Shown: one piece after another, positions 20,293-30,572 of the stretch
Position numbering within the stretch: the first letter of the stretch is position 1
How the letters are laid out: every line of letters starts with the position of its first letter
Origin: an uncultured Gammaproteobacteria bacterium
GTDB lineage: Bacteria; Patescibacteriota; Microgenomatia; UBA10105; UBA927
DNA length: 64,000 nucleotides
Direction: 5' to 3'
NCBI GenBank assembly: GCA_964527425.1
Contig: CAZGOA010000001.1
Coordinates: 20,842 to 84,841 of the forward strand
Notes under the pieces: model-generated
What the model was told of the DNA's origin: nothing
Database searches by the model: none
Seen by the model: only the letters and a program-made list of their open reading frames with translations
Translations under genes and position numbers: made by a program

Positions 20293-22249
20293 GTTGTTTT
20301 AATTGAATGATACTTATTACTAATAACAATACAATCATGCTGATAAACGATATAGTTGCACCCCATATCGCATAATACTGAGGTATAAAAACCAGTTCAA
20401 CAGAATGTAACAATTCATTTTTAGGTAATGGAAAAGACATGAAACCCAAAGAGGTTTTTACAGGTTCGATCTCTCTATTCTTAGTTTTTAATATCCACTG
20501 TGGATGATAATTCATCAAAAAAAATACCTCGGATATATTCTTATCTTTAATATTCACTGAATAATGTGAAGAAGTATGTTGAATATAGGATAAACCTGTA
20601 CCACTTGAATCTGAGATAAGTGGTGGTGGTAAACCTAAATCATACAAATGTAATTCATTAAACCCTGAAATTTTCGGTATTTGCATCTCGTTTAAAATAG
20701 TAATGTATTTTTCGCGTCTAGTAGGATCATACCGATATTCTGTAAGATACACTTTTTGGGATATATCTGTGGCAACAGCTATATAACGTATTCCTTTACT
20801 TTTTACCGCCTCAATAAAAGATGAAGATGTTGCCTGCTCTGCTAATACATTTTCGTTAAAAGAATCAATTAGCACATTTGCATCAACCATCGGATGCAAA
20901 CTGCTATTGTATGCAAATCGATCATGTTCAGGAATCCATAATACTCTACTAAACTCTTGATCATTCATCATGTAATCTTTGTATCTTTTATACTCGTTAG
21001 AATATTTCGGAGGTGAAAAATTACCTGTAAGCATACCCAAAAATAACTCTTTATGCACAATTCCCCAAAAAATGATTATAAGTAGACTAAATATGTATAC
21101 GAACTTAGAATACTTTTTTTTATCAATTCGAAATTTTTGTAGTATTGCTACCACTGATGCTGGAATTAACACTGAATATGATAGCGATATCAAACTATAA
21201 AACTTGGTTGGATCTCGAAACATGACAAAGCCAGGAATGTGTTCAAAGAAGAAATTATAAACACCACCAAATGGTTCGTTAGTACCTTTAGCTAAAAAAG
21301 ATCCAACAAGACTCAAGACTACAAAAAATAGAATAAATCGGTTAGATGAAAAAACTAATACTGAAAAAGCGATTAATGGGATCAATAAAAATCCAGATTG
21401 GAAAAAATGAACATATCCAAACAGATTTTCTGGCCAGTTGGGGTGCAACAAACTGATAGTATGGCTAAAATCTGCAAAACTCAAAAAATCAACCATTCCA
21501 ACACTATTAATTTCATTTCCTAAACTCGAAACAATATTGTTTGTTAGTATTGCTGGTACAAGCCAATATGAGTGTATGAGCAGGAATAATACACCCACTA
21601 TGCTAAATGAAATAATACTGTTATATAAAATAACGCTAGAAAATAATTGTTTATTATAATAAACAATTAAACCCAATAAGTACATACAAATTAACAGCAT
21701 ACCAACATATCCGAATCTCAAATCACTGGCTATTAATGAAGAAGTAATCAACGATGTTTTTATTAATATGAGAAGATTTTTATTACAATGATACTTTACA
21801 ATAAAGTGACTACCCAACAAAGATTTAGTCAGAATTATCCAATAATAAAAAAAGAGAGGAAGTAACGAATATCCTACAAATACACCTAATTGACCACCTC
21901 CAAATATCATAAGTGCATATGTGTTTGTAGAATAAATAATTGCTGAAATTATTGAAAGCTGAGATGATGCAAAAAAATATTTACTTAATTTAAATGCAGA
22001 ATAAAAACATAACCCAACAATTCCCAACCAAATACATTTATCAATTAACCACCAATCAAACCCAAACAAACTTAATACCTTAATTGTCAATTGAAGTGGA
22101 TAATCATACCAAAGTCTATATATAACTGATTCACCCAAACCATGTACATCATTCCACACAACTGGATACCATGTGATTGATTGTATTTGATCTGAATAAA
22201 AAAATGGTGCGTCTCCCCCAGCAAAATAACGAGAAAACCAATCAATCAT
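20285..22249 (-). CDS. polytopic membrane protein, GT-C-like, sharing N-terminal loop and C-terminal 'YHPQW'+TM module with the 1019-aa protein
   Basis: 654 aa. C-terminus 'MNYHPQWILKT...' is followed by a final TM helix, paralleling 'TYHPGWKIVKS' in 23271..26309. Confidence 0.5.
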   Translation of the reverse strand: MIDWFSRYFAGGDAPFFYSDQIQSITWYPVVWNDVHGLGESVIYRLWYDYPLQLTIKVLSLFGFDWWLIDKCIWLGIVGLCFYSAFKLSKYFFASSQLSIISAIIYSTNTYALMIFGGGQLGVFVGYSLLPLFFYYWIILTKSLLGSHFIVKYHCNKNLLILIKTSLITSSLIASDLRFGYVGMLLICMYLLGLIVYYNKQLFSSVILYNSIISFSIVGVLFLLIHSYWLVPAILTNNIVSSLGNEINSVGMVDFLSFADFSHTISLLHPNWPENLFGYVHFFQSGFLLIPLIAFSVLVFSSNRFILFFVVLSLVGSFLAKGTNEPFGGVYNFFFEHIPGFVMFRDPTKFYSLISLSYSVLIPASVVAILQKFRIDKKKYSKFVYIFSLLIIIFWGIVHKELFLGMLTGNFSPPKYSNEYKRYKDYMMNDQEFSRVLWIPEHDRFAYNSSLHPMVDANVLIDSFNENVLAEQATSSSFIEAVKSKGIRYIAVATDISQKVYLTEYRYDPTRREKYITILNEMQIPKISGFNELHLYDLGLPPPLISDSSGTGLSYIQHTSSHYSVNIKDKNISEVFFLMNYHPQWILKTKNREIEPVKTSLGFMSFPLPKNELLHSVELVFIPQYYAIWGATISFISMIVLLLVISIIQLKQHD

Positions 22250-23274
22250 ATGTTTTTATTTCGTGTACTTTTTTTTAGTTTAATAAATAAATTATCTATT
22301 TCTGATTTAGTGTACCCAAATAACGTTACCCAACAAGCAATTGGATGCATGAACCATGCTATATCTGGTTTTACAATATATCCGCGCAAACTCATTAATA
22401 TATTTGGAATCAGTGTAATTGTACAAAAACAAAAAATCATTAATGAGAGTAAATCGTTAACGTTTTTAAAATCAAAAACAATATAATCTCTTTTTTTTAT
22501 AGACGTATCTATATACTGGTTTCGGTAAATAACTCTTCTCTTTATAAAACGTCTTAAACTTTTCCCGGTAAAATGTACTATGGAATTATTTACTACTCCG
22601 AATTGATTATATTGCTTTATTACTAATCTCATAAACATATCAGTGTGTAAAAATTGTTCTCCTTCAATAATTACCGATTTTAATTCTTTTATGCGAACCA
22701 TATGACCATTATCACCTAATGTTGGAAGATTATTAGGATTAAACATAACTGTCTCATATTTTGAATTTTTTGAAATAATATGACCTTTCTTATAATCGGT
22801 TTCATAATGGGTTAATTTTTCTGACTTACCAAGAAACAACACAAAAGGATCATTAATGCCAAATAATCCACAATACCGAGTCAATAAAGGCATACGTTTA
22901 TCAACATAATTATATTTGCTAAAAGTTCCAACAATATGAGGATTATCAATAAACGGTTGAACCATATATGCAAGCCACGTTTTAGATGTAACAAAATTAT
23001 CAAATTCTAGTATTAATAATAAATCACCATTTACTAATTTAATTCCTTTCGCTGCCCTCATTAACGCAAAATCTTTATATTGTCTTTGAACTATAACTTC
23101 ACACCCAAATGATTTAGCTATTTCAATAGAACCATTTGTAGAACCACCATCCATAACAATATGGCGAATTCTATTTTTAGGATACTCTTGCTGAGCTAAA
23201 TTTATTAAACATTGCTTAACAAGATATATATCAGTGTTGTAAGAGACTGTTAATATTGTTACAAATGGTTTCAT
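22246..23274 (-). CDS. glycosyltransferase family 2
   Basis: 'VTILTVSYNTDIYLVKQCL...IVMDGGSTNGS'. Confidence 0.75.
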   Translation of the reverse strand: MKPFVTILTVSYNTDIYLVKQCLINLAQQEYPKNRIRHIVMDGGSTNGSIEIAKSFGCEVIVQRQYKDFALMRAAKGIKLVNGDLLLILEFDNFVTSKTWLAYMVQPFIDNPHIVGTFSKYNYVDKRMPLLTRYCGLFGINDPFVLFLGKSEKLTHYETDYKKGHIISKNSKYETVMFNPNNLPTLGDNGHMVRIKELKSVIIEGEQFLHTDMFMRLVIKQYNQFGVVNNSIVHFTGKSLRRFIKRRVIYRNQYIDTSIKKRDYIVFDFKNVNDLLSLMIFCFCTITLIPNILMSLRGYIVKPDIAWFMHPIACWVTLFGYTKSEIDNLFIKLKKSTRNKNI

Positions 23275-26200
23275 ATTTTTGATTTTTTTATATCCATATA
23301 TATATAGACAGAAAATACTCCTAAACTTAAGAAGGTTATAAGAAAACCACTAATTACAAATATTTGAGGTAAAAAGTAAAATGTATACTTAGTACTTTCT
23401 GAAGATGCAGGGATTACCCAACCATTACTAAATCCAAACAACTCTATATGTTTTTCGGTAGATTCTTCATTTGAACTAGAAAATAAGGCTAATACATATA
23501 AAAAGACAGAAAAAATATTTTCATTAGTATTTTTTGACTTTACTATTTTCCAACCAGGATGATATGTAGAAGGGATAGAAAGTATACGCGGATATTTTGA
23601 TGAAGGAATGGTAACGGTAAACACTACAGGACTCATTTGAACATATCGTTCTACCTCTTGCGCGGGCTGATTTATTTCATTAATGACCCTCTTAACATAT
23701 ATACTAGGAATATGTTTATGAACAATATTCCTAATAGTGCGTAATTCTATATTATGTAGACCTTCATTGAGCATCAACGGTTTATTATCATTTACCTTAT
23801 TACCGTCGATAAAGATGTCCCAAAAAATCTTATCCGTATCTTTAAAAATAATTTCAAGATTTTCTTCAGTTTCAGGCAGCGTTACAGCATATTTGTAAAT
23901 ATTTCTTTCTGGATCAGAGATAATAACTTTTTTACTAATTTTGTTTAGCATTTCATTAAGGAATGGGTTAATCTCAGTAAATTGATTTTTGTTTGCTTCT
24001 ACATACCGTAATTGTGCTAATAAAAATGCATATATACGAGATCTATATTCCTGTTGTCTTTCTGGAACAAGTTTACTCAAATTGATAATAATATCTTCTA
24101 TAAAGGTTTTGTAAACTGCTATTTTTTGAAATTCATTAGGAATCTTTAGTAGTGCTCTATTAGAGAATGATAAATCCATATCAATTTTTGAACCTGGATC
24201 TATTGTTGGATTGTTGTATAGCTTTGTTTCTTTATGTGAAAGTAATCCCTGACTATTTATTGAAGATGTATTATACGCTGCTATATCGATGCTACTCACA
24301 AAATTTTCAAATTCATTCTCTTTGCAATACAAACAATTAGCTTTCCATATTTGTGTATTAACTTCTTTCAAAACAGATTGAGCTGGCAAAAAAGAATCAT
24401 ACATTACAGCAGCATTACTGGCATTTAATGATAAAAGATGGTTCATTGAATCTTTAGGAGCAAACACCTGCGTTAATGAATTATAAACAAACGGCTTAAC
24501 ATCAGCGTTAATCTCATACAAAGACCATTCTCCTCTCTCTAATACTTTTTTAATCAAAGGAGTTGTATCAAGTAGAGTAGACCATGTACTAATCATTTTT
24601 TGTTTAAACTGTGTATCTTTTATTTCAATATCTTTTCTAAAGAGTATATGAGATATACCCATTAAGTTACTAAGTTGATTTACACTTTTTATTTCTTCAT
24701 TTTTTAAAGAGTTTAGTAATGATTGAATAATTTCTGGAGTTCCTGCAGAATTACCTACTACTGGTTTATCAAATAACAACCATTGAAAAGGTTCCAAACT
24801 ATAATAACCCCATGTGTAAGTATCAGTTGGTACATTAATATACCCTGTATCAATTTCAGGAACAATTAATATTTTTTTGACAGCTTGAGATGATTTTATA
24901 TATTCATCTACCTGATATACATACGTTGGAACGTTAACAAGTGTCGAAAATCCCCAAGTAAACGCAAAAGGATTATTTATAAAAATTGGTATGTGATACA
25001 GAAATATTCCTAAGATTATTACCGCAGAAATTAATAATCGATTTTTTTGGAAAATATTTTTAACATCAGTAAGTATATAGATACTGTATGAAAATAATAT
25101 GCTCATTGAGAAAATTGTTAATGGCATGAATTTGTAATAACTTGAACGAAATATCGCAAAACCAGGAATCTTTCGCATCATTAATTCAAAAATAATTCCT
25201 GTTGGGGGATGTGTTCCTGTAGAAAAAATAATTCCTAAGACAAACAATAATAATAATGTATAAAACCAAAAAGTATAATATTTCCTTTTTCTCTTGAACG
25301 TAATATAAATTAATGCAGCGAAAATTAGTAATATGGGAATTAATCCCATACTATACAAAATAATGTTTGAATAGTTGTTTGAATATGAATATGCATTTTC
25401 ACCAATCCAATTTGGTGAGCCTGTTATTCTGATTACGTTCAGTATGCTTGCATTAACACTTACCATTTTCTCCCAAAGAATAGCACCCTCGATACCTCCC
25501 ACTGCTGATACTGTAGATGAATAACCTGTTGTTAAATATGATAAAAAAGGTAATAACCAATACGCTTGAGATAATATACCTGAGAAGAGTAACCCAATGA
25601 CTATTAATAGAGTTCTTCTTAATCCAGCAATACGAAATAAGGTAATTTCTCTTAATCCGAATACAAAAACCAATAGGAATACTGCGATACCATAAGCTCC
25701 TAATAAAGGAGGTAATCCTGCACTATTAAATAAAAAAAACACAAAAAAATAATATACTAATGATCGAATAATAGTAGACCTTCTAATAAATAGATTATGT
25801 AAAATTAGACACGTTAATGGTAATAAAACAAATAATGAAAACTTAGGCCTATCTGCAATAAACCACAATTCAAACATAAAAAAATTTATTGTATAAAAAA
25901 CTGGACCTATGATTCGTATAATTCTGTAATCAATTGCAGGAAATAACGTTCTCAAGAAGATGTACATAGATATACTCATTAAGAAAAACCATCCTAAGAG
26001 TATAATTCGTTGACCAATATCGATCCCACATATGTACATAACTGTTGTTTCAACAACATTCATAGTAAAAAAGCCACGGGGATACGGCCAATCATTTCCC
26101 GTACTAAAGTTATTATTCCAAGCATAAAAGTGATTTATCACCTGATTTTGAGGTTGTAAGGAAAACGCAGAATCATGACCTAAAACTATACCACCCGACC

Positions 26201-26309
26201 TCATCCACCATAGAGGTAGTAAAGAGAGTAAAAAAAGAAATAATACCTCAGGTATATAATGTTTCCATTGCTTGAGCATAGGACTTCCAAGTAAAGGTTG
26301 ATAGTACAT
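23271..26309 (-). CDS. large (~1010 aa) GT-C-like membrane protein: N-terminal polytopic domain plus ~550-aa extracytoplasmic region plus C-terminal TM anchor
   Basis: Loop motif 'LGHDSAFSLQPQN...WPYPRGFF' after TM1; about 14 TM helices; C-terminal 'YHPGWK' beta-rich region and a terminal TM. The track start 26330 is TTG; ATG at 26309 or 26279 is more likely. Confidence 0.5.
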   Translation of the reverse strand: MYYQPLLGSPMLKQWKHYIPEVLFLFLLSLLPLWWMRSGGIVLGHDSAFSLQPQNQVINHFYAWNNNFSTGNDWPYPRGFFTMNVVETTVMYICGIDIGQRIILLGWFFLMSISMYIFLRTLFPAIDYRIIRIIGPVFYTINFFMFELWFIADRPKFSLFVLLPLTCLILHNLFIRRSTIIRSLVYYFFVFFLFNSAGLPPLLGAYGIAVFLLVFVFGLREITLFRIAGLRRTLLIVIGLLFSGILSQAYWLLPFLSYLTTGYSSTVSAVGGIEGAILWEKMVSVNASILNVIRITGSPNWIGENAYSYSNNYSNIILYSMGLIPILLIFAALIYITFKRKRKYYTFWFYTLLLLFVLGIIFSTGTHPPTGIIFELMMRKIPGFAIFRSSYYKFMPLTIFSMSILFSYSIYILTDVKNIFQKNRLLISAVIILGIFLYHIPIFINNPFAFTWGFSTLVNVPTYVYQVDEYIKSSQAVKKILIVPEIDTGYINVPTDTYTWGYYSLEPFQWLLFDKPVVGNSAGTPEIIQSLLNSLKNEEIKSVNQLSNLMGISHILFRKDIEIKDTQFKQKMISTWSTLLDTTPLIKKVLERGEWSLYEINADVKPFVYNSLTQVFAPKDSMNHLLSLNASNAAVMYDSFLPAQSVLKEVNTQIWKANCLYCKENEFENFVSSIDIAAYNTSSINSQGLLSHKETKLYNNPTIDPGSKIDMDLSFSNRALLKIPNEFQKIAVYKTFIEDIIINLSKLVPERQQEYRSRIYAFLLAQLRYVEANKNQFTEINPFLNEMLNKISKKVIISDPERNIYKYAVTLPETEENLEIIFKDTDKIFWDIFIDGNKVNDNKPLMLNEGLHNIELRTIRNIVHKHIPSIYVKRVINEINQPAQEVERYVQMSPVVFTVTIPSSKYPRILSIPSTYHPGWKIVKSKNTNENIFSVFLYVLALFSSSNEESTEKHIELFGFSNGWVIPASSESTKYTFYFLPQIFVISGFLITFLSLGVFSVYIYMDIKKSKI

Positions 26310-27435
26310 AATCTTTACCTTTATTTGCAATATTCTTTTTTCTATTTTCCGAACGAATATAATAAATTATCGCATTACTTAACTGTTCAATATTTCCTCC
26401 ATCATATAAAAGTGCATCTATTTTATCATGTAAAACTTCTGCTACTCCTGATCCTCGAGATACTATTACTGGCGTTCCCAAAGCCAAAGATTCAAGAACC
26501 GTAAGCCCCCATGTTTGCGGAGAATTAGGAAATACTAACATATCTGCAGCAGATATATATTCCATTCGATCATTATCATTGACGAATCGGTTAATTATGT
26601 ATACTTTATGATTAATTTCCAAAGTATTAATTAACTTTTTGAGTTTATTTGCATATTTTAGATCGGCATTTAAATTAGAAAGTAAAATGAATACAAGATC
26701 ATATGATTTTTTATTTAAAACGCTTAGTGCTGAAAGGATATCTTCGTATCTGCGATGAGGAGAAAGAATATTTGCACCTATAGAAATTATGGAATTGGGA
26801 GAAATACCCAATTCTTTTCGTATATCCTTGGTTGGTATAAATTCTAAATATTTTTTTCTATCTACACCGCTTCGTATGATATGTATTTTTGAGGTATCTT
26901 TCTTAAGCCAAGATGTAACTAGACTGTAATTGCGCTTATCTAATACTGTTATTGCATCAATTGTAGTACCTGCATGTCTATCAATAAATAATTTGAAACG
27001 AGTGAATAAAGACTTACTAAGTCTCGGTGGAACATCATTAATTGTAGTAATTTTTCTTGTTGAAGAACTTTTTATTCCTGATTGAATCCACATCGTCATC
27101 CAATCATGACCGTGTAAAATATCAAATTTATTCCGACGTATTATTATGTGAAATAAAGGAGTATTTAATAAAGCTATGTATAACATTATTGTTTCAATAA
27201 AAAATATATTTATGTTAAACATTCTTATTAATATACTGGGAAAAGGTAATATAGATTTAACCTTAAACTTTTTATAACCTATATCCGCTGTTTCTGGTAT
27301 ATATATACAAGTAAGAATGGTAATAGTATACCCTTCTTCAACCAAAGATTTTGATAATTCTAAACATTGTTTTGCAGTCCCATTCTGCGTAATTAACACA
27401 GGAAGTAGCATACAAACATGCAGTTTTTTTTTCAT
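26248..27435 (-). CDS. glycosyltransferase family 4
   Basis: 'WGLTVLESLALGTPVIVSRGSGVAEVL'. The gene starts 'MKKKL', encoded by an A9 tract. Confidence 0.8.
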   Translation of the reverse strand: MKKKLHVCMLLPVLITQNGTAKQCLELSKSLVEEGYTITILTCIYIPETADIGYKKFKVKSILPFPSILIRMFNINIFFIETIMLYIALLNTPLFHIIIRRNKFDILHGHDWMTMWIQSGIKSSSTRKITTINDVPPRLSKSLFTRFKLFIDRHAGTTIDAITVLDKRNYSLVTSWLKKDTSKIHIIRSGVDRKKYLEFIPTKDIRKELGISPNSIISIGANILSPHRRYEDILSALSVLNKKSYDLVFILLSNLNADLKYANKLKKLINTLEINHKVYIINRFVNDNDRMEYISAADMLVFPNSPQTWGLTVLESLALGTPVIVSRGSGVAEVLHDKIDALLYDGGNIEQLSNAIIYYIRSENRKKNIANKGKDYVLSTFTWKSYAQAMETLYT

Positions 27436-28353
27436 TTATAAAGTTATGTTAAGGAGTTTTAAAATTATTGCCTTTTGTATGTGAAGTCTATTTTCAGCTT
27501 CATCCCAAACAATGGATTGTGGCCCATCAATAATTTCATCGGTAATTTCATCATTTCTATGTGCTGGTAAACAATGCATAACAACGACATTCTTTTTTGC
27601 ATATTGCAATAGTTTTTTGTTTACTTGATAAGGTCTTAACGCTTTTTCTCGCTCCTCTTTGTCTGTTTTTCCCATACTTACCCATACATCTGTAACTACT
27701 ACATCTGCATTTTTTACAGCTACAGAAGGGTCTGTTATCATATCAAATGTTCCGTTATATTTTTTAGATAATACTTCTATTTCTTTAACTATTTCTTTAT
27801 TCATTTCATACATTTTAGGAGATGAAACACGACAGTGCATACCTAATTGCATAGCTAGTATAGCTAAACTATTTGTCATATTATTATCTCCGTCTCCTAC
27901 ATATGTTAATGTAAATTTAGATAATTCTTTCTGTCTTTCCCATAAAGTAAACATATCTGCTAATACTTGACATGGATGAAATTCATCACTTAGTCCGTTA
28001 ATAACTGGCTTACCTGAATATTTAGATATCGTAACCACATCATCGTGAGAAAAAACTCTTGCCATAATAATATCGACATATCTGCCTAATACTCTGGCTG
28101 TATCAGCAATTGTTTCCCCTCTAGAAAGTTGTAGATCATTTGCACCTAAATACAACGCATGTCCACCCAATTCTGTCATCCCGACTTCAAAACTAACTCG
28201 TGTTCTTGTTGATGGTTTTTGGAAAATCATTGCCATTGATTTTCCTTTCAAATATGAATAATATCTTTTTTGCTTTATTTTTTTAGCAGTTTTAAACAAT
28301 TCATAAATTTCTTTTAGTGAGAAATCAGTAGTGGTTAATAGAGATAGAGGCAT
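27436..28353 (-). CDS. argF: ornithine carbamoyltransferase
   Basis: 'STRTRVSFE' carbamoyl-P site, 'DVWVSMG', 'HCLPAHR' ornithine-binding motif; 305 aa. Confidence 0.85.
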   Translation of the reverse strand: MPLSLLTTTDFSLKEIYELFKTAKKIKQKRYYSYLKGKSMAMIFQKPSTRTRVSFEVGMTELGGHALYLGANDLQLSRGETIADTARVLGRYVDIIMARVFSHDDVVTISKYSGKPVINGLSDEFHPCQVLADMFTLWERQKELSKFTLTYVGDGDNNMTNSLAILAMQLGMHCRVSSPKMYEMNKEIVKEIEVLSKKYNGTFDMITDPSVAVKNADVVVTDVWVSMGKTDKEEREKALRPYQVNKKLLQYAKKNVVVMHCLPAHRNDEITDEIIDGPQSIVWDEAENRLHIQKAIILKLLNITL

Positions 28354-28414
28354 AATAGACGGTTTTCTATTTATTTAATTGCTCTTCTTTAATTTTAGAA
28401 GTATTATTGCACTT

Positions 28415-29425
28415 ATGCAGAAGTTAGTCTACCCTAAAGTTACGTTCATAATACCCACATTAAATGCATCTTTTTACTTGCCAAAATGTTTAGATGCTAT
28501 TCGATCTCAAAAGTATCCACAAAAAAAAATCGAAATTATTATTGCAGATGGTGGATCTTGTGACAATACAATAAAAATTGCAAAAAAATATAACACAAAG
28601 ATTATTTCTAATCCTGAGGTTCTCCATGAGCAAGGCAAATCTAGAGCTTCAAAGGTTGCAACTGGAGGCATTTTATTCTATACCGATGCTGATAATATTC
28701 TATCTACTCAACACTGGATAGAAATGATGATTAAACCTTATATTAAAGAAAAAAATGTTGTCGGGTTCCTACCTCAAACGATTCCAGCTCCTGACTCAAA
28801 CCCGCTTGATAAATATTTAGGTTATTTGTTTACTGATCCTTTCACATGGTTTGTTTATGGGCTTAGCGCTAACCCTCAAACATATCACCTAAAATACAAA
28901 CCAATTAAAATAACAAAAGATTACGAATTATATAAATTTAAAGGACTTGATTATCCTTTATTTGGACTTTCACAAGGCGTGGGTACTGTAAAAGATTTTA
29001 AACGCTCACAACATGCATATGCCGATGATTTACTGGCTGGTATAAAACTCATGAGAGATGGTGGTGTTATCGCATATATACCTCAAGCGGGAGTTTATCA
29101 CTATCATGTGTCAGGCTTTTCGAACTATATAAATAAATACAGATGGCGAGTAAGAAATAATCTTACTAAAAAAATTAAGGGTATGGGCATTTCCAACCGA
29201 ACTATTTATTTCAGTACAATGAGAAAAGTAAAAATGTTTTTATTCATTCCCTATGCACTTTCAATAGTATTCCCTATTATTGATTCAATTACACTCTCTA
29301 TTAAATATAAAGATAAAGTTATGCTGTACCACCTCCCTGCTACTTTAGTCCTTGCTTATCTAGTCATAGCAGAATATTTTCAATATTTATTCAAAACTAA
29401 TAATAATTTAGGAACATATGAATAA
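28415..29425 (+). CDS. glycosyltransferase family 2
   Basis: 'VTFIIPTLNASFYLPKCLDAI...IIIADGGSCDNT', 'YTDADNIL'. Likely ATG start at 28415. Confidence 0.75.
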   Translation: MQKLVYPKVTFIIPTLNASFYLPKCLDAIRSQKYPQKKIEIIIADGGSCDNTIKIAKKYNTKIISNPEVLHEQGKSRASKVATGGILFYTDADNILSTQHWIEMMIKPYIKEKNVVGFLPQTIPAPDSNPLDKYLGYLFTDPFTWFVYGLSANPQTYHLKYKPIKITKDYELYKFKGLDYPLFGLSQGVGTVKDFKRSQHAYADDLLAGIKLMRDGGVIAYIPQAGVYHYHVSGFSNYINKYRWRVRNNLTKKIKGMGISNRTIYFSTMRKVKMFLFIPYALSIVFPIIDSITLSIKYKDKVMLYHLPATLVLAYLVIAEYFQYLFKTNNNLGTYE

Positions 29426-30572
29426 ATACTCTTCAATTATATATGTTAATTTTGCACCGTATGAAAATGCGGGACATATACTTGATTATTTATTAGATAC
29501 ATATGAGATAGTAATACTCTTTTGCTTTAATTTTCATAAATTAACTAATAAAGAAGAACCAAGTTTGTTAAAAATTTATAAACTAAAAAAACTAACTTAT
29601 ACTCATAAACTTTACTATATACCTACTCCTCAAGCATTAGTTTTTGTACTTCTTCCTTTACGATCGGCAATAATTTTTTTGCAATTACTATGGCATATAC
29701 TAAGACTTCATATATCTATAGGTAAAATAGATACCTATTTTACTGTAAACGCTTTTACTGCTTGGTGTGGAATTATTTTTAAACGTTTACATTTTGTTAA
29801 CAGAACAATTTTCTGGGTATGGGATTATTACCCTCCAATTCATACGAATAAGATTGTCATGTTTATGAGATGGTTATATTGGTTGTATGATAAACCTGCC
29901 ACATTGCATTCAGACAAAATCGTTTTTTTGAATAAAAACTTAATAGAACTTAGAAAAAGACATAATATTCTAAAAAAAGATACAAAGTATTCTATTGTAG
30001 AAATCGGAACTAATCCTGTAAAAACAATCTCAATAAAGAAAAAATCATCAGTTAATCTTGTTTTTTTAGGTGTAATCAAGAAAAGTCAGGGATTAGATTT
30101 GTTATACGATGCTGCATCTGAAATCAAAGAAAATTTTCCATCTATTACTATTACAGTAATTGGATCTGGACCTGAAGAATCGCATTTTAAAAAAAGAGCC
30201 AAAAATACAAAATTAAAAACGAAATTTCTTGGATTTGTAGCAGATGATCAATTAGTAGATCTCACTATTAAACAAGCACACATTGGGTTGGCTTCTTATA
30301 TTCCAGAAAAGAGCAATGTTTCTTATTATAGTGACCCATCTAAGATAAAACGATATATTAGTTCAGGTATTCCTGTAATTACTACAGATGTTTTCGACTT
30401 TTCAAAAAAAATTAAGAAATTTAAAGCGGGTATATTAATTGAATATGATAAAAAAGAATTAGCTAGAGCTATAACTACAATATTAAAATCCTATTCTTTT
30501 TATCAAAAGAATGCATTAAATCTATCAGAGCAATATAAATATTCTACCATATACAAAAGAATTTTTAATTAA
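29418..30572 (+). CDS. GT-B glycosyltransferase (GT4-like), paralog of 33922..35097
   Basis: C-terminal 'KFLGFVADDQLVDLTIKQAHIGLASY...SGIPVITTD'. The N-domain architecture matches gene 33922..35097. Confidence 0.65.
   Translation: MNKYSSIIYVNFAPYENAGHILDYLLDTYEIVILFCFNFHKLTNKEEPSLLKIYKLKKLTYTHKLYYIPTPQALVFVLLPLRSAIIFLQLLWHILRLHISIGKIDTYFTVNAFTAWCGIIFKRLHFVNRTIFWVWDYYPPIHTNKIVMFMRWLYWLYDKPATLHSDKIVFLNKNLIELRKRHNILKKDTKYSIVEIGTNPVKTISIKKKSSVNLVFLGVIKKSQGLDLLYDAASEIKENFPSITITVIGSGPEESHFKKRAKNTKLKTKFLGFVADDQLVDLTIKQAHIGLASYIPEKSNVSYYSDPSKIKRYISSGIPVITTDVFDFSKKIKKFKAGILIEYDKKELARAITTILKSYSFYQKNALNLSEQYKYSTIYKRIFN

Noticed and set aside
28354-28414. Divergent 61-bp gap between the OTC and the plus-strand GT2 as a defined promoter
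   Set aside because: Only a weak 'TATTAT' 8 nt from the ATG is visible and no convincing -35 element. Too weak to call as a feature.
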